A stretch of 64,000 bases of DNA from an uncultured Clostridium sp. GTDB lineage: Bacteria; Bacillota; Clostridia; TANB77; CAG-508. This document shows, one piece after another, positions 58,790 to 64,000 of the stretch. How positions within the stretch are numbered: position 1 is the first letter of the stretch; each line of letters begins with the position of its first letter. A program made the translations under genes and the position numbers. The DNA is taken from contig CAYJIP010000002.1 in the NCBI GenBank assembly GCA_964370265.1, positions 52,620 through 116,619 of the forward strand, in the 5' to 3' direction. The notes under the pieces were generated by a model. The model had not been told where the DNA came from. It made no database searches and was given only the letters and a program-made list of their open reading frames with translations.

Positions 58790-59236
58790 TTATTCATTTT
58801 CTATCACTTTTTGTATATTTTCATTCCTATATCCTTTTTTTAGTAAAAATTGTATTATTTCATCTTTTTCTAATGATATAGATTTTTTATAATATATATT
58901 TTGTGCTGATTTTATTTCATATTCTTCAAGTTCTTCTTTGTTATTATATATATAGTCTTCTATTATGTTTTTATTTAATCCTTTTGTTAACAATTTATAT
59001 CTTACCTCTTTTAAAGATAAATTATTTAATATTTTAAAATTATTAATAGCTTTTTCTACATATTGATTATCATTTATGTATTCTGCTTCAATTAAATAAT
59101 TGATTATATCTTCTAACATATTTTCTTCTATAATCGTTTTAAATTTATTTCTAATTTCATATTCTGTTCTTTTTTTATATAAGACAAATTTCATTACTTT
59201 TATTTTATATCTTTCAAATTCTTCATTTGTATACAT
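58790..59236 (-). CDS. recX: RecX-family regulatory protein
   Basis: Repeated three-helix modules (EYEIRNKF..., YINDNQYVEKAI, LLTKGLNKNIIEDYI, LLKKGYRNENI). Confidence 0.7.
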   Translation of the reverse strand: MYTNEEFERYKIKVMKFVLYKKRTEYEIRNKFKTIIEENMLEDIINYLIEAEYINDNQYVEKAINNFKILNNLSLKEVRYKLLTKGLNKNIIEDYIYNNKEELEEYEIKSAQNIYYKKSISLEKDEIIQFLLKKGYRNENIQKVIENE

Positions 59237-59363
59237 CTAAATACATATTCTCCTTTATTTTCAAAGATTTATACAATTATAATATATGAGATATGCATTT
59301 ATGTCAAGAAATATATTTTTTTCTTTATTATATAAAAATAGAGGGTAATACCCTCTATTAGTT

Positions 59364-60038
59364 CTAGTCTACATGTATTTCAAATGGAAATACATATTTG
59401 TTTTCAGTCGAATTTAGAAATTTCTTTGATTTTTTCCTCATATTTTTAAGGATTACTAAATCATTAAGTCTCAATATTTTTTCAAAAAGTTTCGGACTAC
59501 TTTTTATAACTCTTCCAAAGTTTAGTCCTAAAAATATATCCAAAAAATAATTTATTTCCTTTATTTTTTGTTTCTTATTTTTTTCACCTATCGCTCTTCT
59601 AGTTATAACTAAGTTTGCCTTCCCTGTAAAATATTGATTATTCTGATTCTCCTCATCGAAATTTTTTTCTTCTATGAGTTGCAAACCAAATCCCAAAGAA
59701 CTTATTGCTCGTTCTTTTTCTATATTGTTAATATAGATTTCAACCATCGTAATTAGGATCTCTTCCAAATTTAAAATAGTGTCAAATGAAGTCATATTGT
59801 CTATTTTCAGATACATAGCATCTGGCATATATACATACCACTCACAACTTGGATTATTGTCTCCATTATTCAATGGTCTAAACTTAATGAAATTAGATTT
59901 ACTTATCTCATATTTTTTCCGATTTTCGCTTGATGGGATTCTTCCTGTTATCTTTTTTTCATAAAATATCTCTTGTTCAAGAGCTATTTTTTTTCCAATG
60001 TAGTCTTTTCTTCTCTTTTCAAAAAATCCCATCTTCAT
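59364..60038 (-). CDS. hypothetical protein (224 aa)
   Basis: ORF only. Confidence 0.45.
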   Translation of the reverse strand: MKMGFFEKRRKDYIGKKIALEQEIFYEKKITGRIPSSENRKKYEISKSNFIKFRPLNNGDNNPSCEWYVYMPDAMYLKIDNMTSFDTILNLEEILITMVEIYINNIEKERAISSLGFGLQLIEEKNFDEENQNNQYFTGKANLVITRRAIGEKNKKQKIKEINYFLDIFLGLNFGRVIKSSPKLFEKILRLNDLVILKNMRKKSKKFLNSTENKYVFPFEIHVD

Positions 60039-60225
60039 GTCTCTGTCTCCTTCTAGAAATTAAATTTATTTGCACTATTTATTTTATCATGTTTTTCTTG
60101 AAAAATCAAGATATGCGTCTTTTCTTGGAAATCCATGTTCATCCTTCCATTTTTTTACTTTTTGTGATATAATTATAATGTTAAATTTCATGTGCCAATA
60201 TAACTTTATATTAAGGAGATTCATT

Positions 60226-60618
60226 ATGATCAAACAACACTATTATCCATTTCTGGTGATGCAACCCGATAATACTCCATTAGGTTTTATTTCAAATTGC
60301 TGTACTCTAGGAAATAATGACTTTAATTCACTTAATTCGACTATTTTTATAACAAAAGTAGTTGAGTATAACAGAAAGTCCCGCTCATATATTATTTTGG
60401 ATAAACCATCAAATTGCACATTGTTAAAACAAACTATTTTTAATAATCTACAAGATTGTCAAACTGAATGTTTAAGGCTAAATATTCCAATTTTCAATAA
60501 TATTTATGCTTTTGAAAGTCTTTTTAAAGAAAATCTTGTTTCATTACAATCACTAGAAGGATTATTACTAAAAAGCCATTTAACAAATAAGTTATATTGC
60601 ATGAAAAAAGCTGATTAA
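60226..60618 (+). CDS. hypothetical Cys-containing protein (130 aa)
   Basis: ATG at 60226 lies 7 nt after AAGGAG. The track's upstream extension has no SD. A terminator lies at 60605..60629. Confidence 0.45.
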   Translation: MIKQHYYPFLVMQPDNTPLGFISNCCTLGNNDFNSLNSTIFITKVVEYNRKSRSYIILDKPSNCTLLKQTIFNNLQDCQTECLRLNIPIFNNIYAFESLFKENLVSLQSLEGLLLKSHLTNKLYCMKKAD

Positions 60619-60629
60619 TTCAGCTTTTT
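60605..60629. terminator. bidirectional terminator (convergent with recA)
   Basis: aaaaagctga-ttaat-tcagcttttt. Confidence 0.65.
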
Positions 60630-60644
60630 CTTATTTTAATTATT

Positions 60645-61697
60645 TTATTCTTCAATATCCTCATCTTCATCGTCTGGTAATTCTTCACCTAAACTCTGTT
60701 CAAAAGCTTTTTTGAAATTTGCTCTTACTTTTTCTTCTATACTGTCTAATATTTCTTTATTTTCTCTTAAATATCTTTTAACATTTTCTCTTCCTTGTCC
60801 AATTCTATCTCCATCATAACTAAACCAAGAACCGGCTTTTTCTACTATTTCTAAGTTAACAGCCATATCTAATATATTACCTTCTTTAGAAATACCTTTT
60901 CCATACACAACATCAAATTCTGCTTCTCTAAATGGTGGTGCAACTTTATTTTTAATAACTTTTACACGAACTCTATTACCACTTACTTCTCCATCTTGTT
61001 TTATATTTTCAATTTTTCTAATATCCATTCTTACAGAAGCATAAAATTTTAACGCTCTACCTCCTGTTGTAGTTTCAGGATTCCCAAACATAACTCCAAT
61101 TTTTTCTCTTAATTGATTTATAAAAATTATTACTGTCTTTGTTTTGTTTAGTGCTCCTGCTAATTTTCTTAAAGCTTGTGACATTAATCTAGCTTGAAGT
61201 CCCATATGAGAATCACCCATATCACCATCAATTTCTGCTTTTGGTACTAATGCTGCTACAGAGTCAACTACTATTACATCTAAAGCTCCACTTCTAACTA
61301 AACTCTCTGTTATTTCTAAAGCTTGTTCTCCTGTATCTGGTTGTGACACTATTAAATTTTCTATGTCAACACCTAATTTTCTAGCATATACCGGATCTAA
61401 TGCGTGCTCTGCATCTATAAACGCTGCATCTCCACCCATCTTTTGTGCTTCTGCTACTATATGAAGTGCTAAAGTAGTTTTACCAGAAGATTCCGGACCA
61501 TATACCTCTATAATTCTTCCTCTAGGTACTCCACCTATACCTAAAGCTATATCTAAACTCAAAGCTCCTGTCGGAATTGCTTCTATTTCCATTGCTTTAA
61601 AATTTCCTAATTTCATTACTGAACCTTTTCCAAATTGTTTTTCAATTTGACCCATTGCCATTTCTAGTGCTTTTCTTTTTTCTGCGTTATCGCTCAT
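60645..61697 (-). CDS. recA: recombinase RecA
   Basis: [12 protein letters not shown] (Walker A), [21 protein letters not shown] at 61697 lies 6 nt after AAGGAGGA. Confidence 0.95.
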   Translation of the reverse strand: MSDNAEKRKALEMAMGQIEKQFGKGSVMKLGNFKAMEIEAIPTGALSLDIALGIGGVPRGRIIEVYGPESSGKTTLALHIVAEAQKMGGDAAFIDAEHALDPVYARKLGVDIENLIVSQPDTGEQALEITESLVRSGALDVIVVDSVAALVPKAEIDGDMGDSHMGLQARLMSQALRKLAGALNKTKTVIIFINQLREKIGVMFGNPETTTGGRALKFYASVRMDIRKIENIKQDGEVSGNRVRVKVIKNKVAPPFREAEFDVVYGKGISKEGNILDMAVNLEIVEKAGSWFSYDGDRIGQGRENVKRYLRENKEILDSIEEKVRANFKKAFEQSLGEELPDDEDEDIEE

Positions 61698-61787
61698 TTT
61701 ATCCTCCTTATTTTTACTGAACTTTTGTTTGATATTCTTATTATATACCAAATATTTGTTTTGTCAATACAAATTCAAAAATATTTT

Positions 61788-63377
61788 TTATTTATACCAT
61801 GTTTCTATTCCATAAAATTGATAGTACCAGTTTCCATATATATTTCCTGATAATTCACTATTATATGCAACTGTTTGCTTATTATTATATAGGCTTATAT
61901 ATGGTATTTCAGACTTATATGTATCATATAATGTTTTATATCTTTCTAATAAAATTTGTTCATCACTTGTATTTTTTACTTCTTTTAACATATTTAAAAT
62001 TTGTTCATTATAGTAATTAGCATAATTATTTTCACCAAAAAATGATTCTAAACTTGGTGTTTGTGACATAATCATTGTAGCTAAACATATATCATAACTT
62101 TTTGCTTCTATTGCTTTCGAATAATCTTCATCACCAGCATATAATATATTTATTCTTATCCCTTGATTTTCCAATTGTGTTTTAATATTTTCAGCTACTG
62201 CAACTTTCGTTGCATCACTCGCTTTTATCAATAAATTCAATTCCAAATATTTAGTCGTATAATTTTCTGTTTTTTGCCACTTTGAATTTTTATATACCCA
62301 GCCATCTTCTAATAAAACTGATTTTGCTTGATTCAAATTATACTTACTACCTGAATCTTGCTCTTTTATTATCCAATTATTATTATCTAGAGGAAAGTCA
62401 CTTTGTATAACTGTGTTGGCTAATACATTGTTAACTATGCTATTTATATCGATAGAGTATATTATCGCTTCTCTTACAGCCTGATTTGACAGTATTTGAT
62501 TTTCATTATTTAATATTAAAAAAGTATGTTCTCTACCTGATGATATTTTTTCATTATACCCCAATTCTCCTATATATTCTTTAACATTTATATTTGATGT
62601 ATTTATCATATCTATGTTTCCTAATTTAAAACTGTTATATACTTCATCAATAGTTGAATATAAGTTTATATTGATTTTATTTATTTTTAACTCAGTTTCT
62701 TTATTCCACCAATTAGTATTTTTTTCTAAAGTTAGATATGTTTGTTCGACTAAAGAAATTTTATACATCCCTGTACCTATTGGAGCAGAATTTTTGGAAG
62801 TAGTCAAAAAGTCTTCACCTGAATAATATTCTTTAGATAATATCGGAAAAGTTAAATAATATTCAAAAAATGGAACTTCATTTTTCAGATTGATTTTTAT
62901 TGAATAATCATCTATAATCTCAACACTTGAAACTTCCTCTACATTATATGAATATGAAGTTGAGTATTGTTTTAACATATCTATTGTAAATTTAACGTCA
63001 TATGCTGTGAATTTTTTTCCGTTTGACCACTTAACATTCTCTTTTAAATATATGATATACGACGTATCTGATTGTTTTGCCCATTCAGTAGCAAGAACTC
63101 CCTCTGCTTTATATTCTTCATTCAACATTATTAATGGTTCATATATTAATTTAGAAACATCATGTACATTTTTATTATTACTGATTAATGGATTAATTGT
63201 ATCCAGACCTGCAATACCTATTTTAATCTCTGTTATTTGATTTTGTTCATTTGTCTTAGCTATATATTCTTCTTCTCGTTGCTTTACTTCTTCATTTTGT
63301 TTAATAACAAAAAAAGTTATTATTCCAAGAATTATAATAAAAAATATAAATAGCAATTTGGCTTTTCCTGATTTCAT
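61788..63377 (-). CDS. ABC transporter substrate-binding protein, family 5 (peptide/nickel type)
   Basis: N-terminal TM/signal. 529 aa with an OppA/DppA-like layout (LDTINPL..., WSNGKKFTAYDVKFT). Confidence 0.7.
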   Translation of the reverse strand: MKSGKAKLLFIFFIIILGIITFFVIKQNEEVKQREEEYIAKTNEQNQITEIKIGIAGLDTINPLISNNKNVHDVSKLIYEPLIMLNEEYKAEGVLATEWAKQSDTSYIIYLKENVKWSNGKKFTAYDVKFTIDMLKQYSTSYSYNVEEVSSVEIIDDYSIKINLKNEVPFFEYYLTFPILSKEYYSGEDFLTTSKNSAPIGTGMYKISLVEQTYLTLEKNTNWWNKETELKINKININLYSTIDEVYNSFKLGNIDMINTSNINVKEYIGELGYNEKISSGREHTFLILNNENQILSNQAVREAIIYSIDINSIVNNVLANTVIQSDFPLDNNNWIIKEQDSGSKYNLNQAKSVLLEDGWVYKNSKWQKTENYTTKYLELNLLIKASDATKVAVAENIKTQLENQGIRINILYAGDEDYSKAIEAKSYDICLATMIMSQTPSLESFFGENNYANYYNEQILNMLKEVKNTSDEQILLERYKTLYDTYKSEIPYISLYNNKQTVAYNSELSGNIYGNWYYQFYGIETWYK

Positions 63378-63513
63378 TTATACCTCTTTTTCATCTTTTA
63401 TTTTAGTCTTTAACTTTTGTTTTCTTTTTCGTATTGATTTTATTTTTATTTTAATGGTAAATTTAGTGTATAATATTTGAATTAAAAAATCAAGCAACTT
63501 TGTTTTTTTAACA

Positions 63514-63545
63514 AAAAAACTATACAATTAATTGTATAGTTTTTA
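63514..63545 (-). terminator. spoVS terminator
   Basis: Perfect palindrome ctatacaatt/aattgtatag with A- and T-runs. Confidence 0.7.
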
Positions 63546-63556
63546 ACTTTATATAA

Positions 63557-63820
63557 TTAAGCTCTTGATTCAACAATTAATTTTATACCAGTTCTGTCTT
63601 CACCTTCTACTTCAACTTCTGCAAATGCTGGTATACATACTAAGTCAACTCCTGCTGGTGCAACGAATCCTCTAGCAATAGCTACTGCTTTAACAGCTTG
63701 ATTTAAAGCTCCTGCTCCTATTGCCTGCATTTCTGCTTTCTTTGTTTCTTTTACCATCCCTGCTATAGCTCCTGCTACTGAATTTGGGTTTGATTTTGAT
63801 GAAATTTTTAAAATTTCCAT
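63557..63820 (-). CDS. spoVS: stage V sporulation protein S
   Basis: MEILKISSKSNPNSVAGAIAGMVKE...; 87 aa. Confidence 0.9.
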   Translation of the reverse strand: MEILKISSKSNPNSVAGAIAGMVKETKKAEMQAIGAGALNQAVKAVAIARGFVAPAGVDLVCIPAFAEVEVEGEDRTGIKLIVESRA

Positions 63821-64000
63821 TTTCTTTTGCCTCCTATAATTTATTTGTTGTTACAACTTGTACTCTCTCATCTTACATTATTTGGAAATTATTGTAAAGG
63901 CTTTTGACTGGTTTTTTTATTTATTTCATCGCAATTTCAACGTTTTTTCGACATTTATTTTAAATTAACTCTTTTTATATCTATTACTTTATTTGTTGTA

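Overview
Very AT-rich (about 25-28% GC by eye), gene-dense chromosomal segment from a spore-forming Firmicutes/Clostridia-like bacterium (sigH, spoVS, ytfJ), standard genetic code, mostly minus-strand genes. Housekeeping content includes smpB, sua5/tsaC, dCMP deaminase, fba, nagZ, rqcH, addA, mutS, miaB, rpmE, recA, recX, scpA, a zur-znuACB operon and two fused ABC ATPase/permease genes. The main feature is a complete diversity-generating retroelement (DGR) at about 16.2-20.2 kb. A 132-bp template repeat (16625..16756) and a variable repeat (18865..18996) differ at 16 positions, all template adenines on the coding strand. The VR forms the C-terminus of a protein with a pilin-like N-terminus and an FGE/C-type-lectin-like domain. 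The cassette order is target - MutS-domain-I-like ORF - avd - RT - TR - small OB-fold ORF, with a GC-rich structured element in the target/accessory intergenic region. A second pilin-like/FGE-like paralog at 54.5-55.9 kb has no match to this TR. Other observations: a 477-bp internally deleted ISL3-type element with an 8-bp target duplication; tandemly duplicated HAD phosphatases; a Fur/Zur-box-like palindrome; an untracked DUF1540 small ORF; a MATE/cytidylate-kinase-like fusion; addA without addB and mutS without mutL; and several hypothetical gene pairs. I found no rRNA, tRNA, tmRNA or CRISPR array.
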